Shown here: positions 63,361 to 64,000 of the stretch, piece by piece
How positions within the stretch are numbered: position 1 is the stretch's first letter
Layout of the letters: each line of letters starts with the position of its first letter
Origin: Nitrospirales bacterium
GTDB taxonomy: Bacteria > Nitrospirota > Nitrospiria > Nitrospirales > UBA8639
Assembly (NCBI GenBank): GCA_963422365.1
Contig: OY729426.1
Coordinates: 2,272,001 to 2,336,000, forward strand
Length of the DNA stretch: 64,000 bases
Direction: 5' to 3'
Made by a program: the position numbers and the translations under genes
Notes under the pieces: generated by a model
The model's database searches: none
The model's input: the letters and a program-made list of their open reading frames with translations, nothing else
What the model was told of the DNA's origin: nothing

Positions 63361-63936
63361 ATGCGCCTCGCTTTTTGGGGATTTTGCTGGAGCTTCTTTT
63401 TTGTGATGGCCATTGGATGTGCTTCTTCAGACTATAGCCACCTGTTTTCAGCACAGGTACTGGCCGCAGTTGATCCAGGAACAACCTATACCCAGATAAA
63501 GGAAACCCCCTCATCCCATCAGGGCAAAACCCTGATCATCGGAGGCGAAGTCCTGGCAGCGAAACGCTTGAGAGACCATACACGCCTGACCATCCTCCAA
63601 CTGCCCCTAGGGGAGACGAAAAGACCAACGTCCAATCGTACCCACACGCAAGGTCGATTCATGGCGATTCAAAAAGCATTCCTCGATCCAGCTACTGTCC
63701 CACAGGGATCTCGCGTCACGCTCATCGGCACATTAACCGGCAGCATCACCGAACCACTCGATGAAATGGACTATACCTATCCAGTTCTGACTATCAGAGA
63801 ACTAAAAATATGGCCTCAAGCCGTCCAACCACCTTGCTCGCGACTACCCTGTGGATACGGCCCTTATGGATTCAGCCCCTATTACCCTCGGTATTATTGG
63901 TATCCAGCCGTTTGGTATTATCCATATTGGTGGTAA
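63361..63936 (+). CDS. Slp-family outer-membrane lipoprotein
   Basis: Lipobox AIGC; IIGGEV, LQLPL, GRF....FLDP, YTYPV; Y/W/P-rich tail. Confidence 0.88.
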   Translation: MRLAFWGFCWSFFFVMAIGCASSDYSHLFSAQVLAAVDPGTTYTQIKETPSSHQGKTLIIGGEVLAAKRLRDHTRLTILQLPLGETKRPTSNRTHTQGRFMAIQKAFLDPATVPQGSRVTLIGTLTGSITEPLDEMDYTYPVLTIRELKIWPQAVQPPCSRLPCGYGPYGFSPYYPRYYWYPAVWYYPYWW

Positions 63937-63955
63937 CCGGAAAAAGGAGTCTTCC

Positions 63956-64000
63956 ATGAAACGATCTGCCTCCATGACAGTGTTGACTGGCTTCACAGCT
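63956..64000 (+). CDS. 5' end of a gene truncated by the window edge
   Basis: AAGGAG plus ATG; MKRSASMTVLTGFTA is signal-like. Confidence 0.5.
   Translation, partial: MKRSASMTVLTGFTA

Overview
Bacterial chromosomal window of roughly 50% GC (visual estimate). Gene content and order suggest a Nitrospirota/Nitrospirales-like organism (inference). The housekeeping core comprises ychF, a class I fumarase, bfr, a long minus-strand run (ccsA-hemA-hemC-cobA/hemD-CBS-hemB-ribF-tilS-ftsH-folP-glmM-comEC), rsmI, tusA, tRNA-Leu(CAA), yggX- and yqgE-like genes, an HpnM/MlaA/HpnN lipid (hopanoid) transport cluster, a Cu(I) P-type ATPase and an Slp lipoprotein. The most interesting parts are: (1) a candidate metal-sensing ribosome-stalling operon (8339-10828), in which a His-rich CxxxC leader ending RGPP precedes alternative RNA hairpins, a Met/His-rich outer-membrane barrel whose signal peptide is out of frame at a T9 tract, and a cupredoxin-like periplasmic protein; (2) a GC-rich island with no integrase (about 43700-49290), carrying a Type IIG/IIL restriction-modification gene translationally coupled to a decayed membrane pentapeptide gene, followed by a relic second copy of the RM 3' end with its own membrane cargo gene; (3) a REP-like palindrome apparently inserted in frame in the fumarase; (4) a stand-alone PEP mutase-nucleotidyltransferase fusion. 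Several pseudogenes suggest ongoing genome erosion. All calls come from motif recognition by eye; no searches were run.
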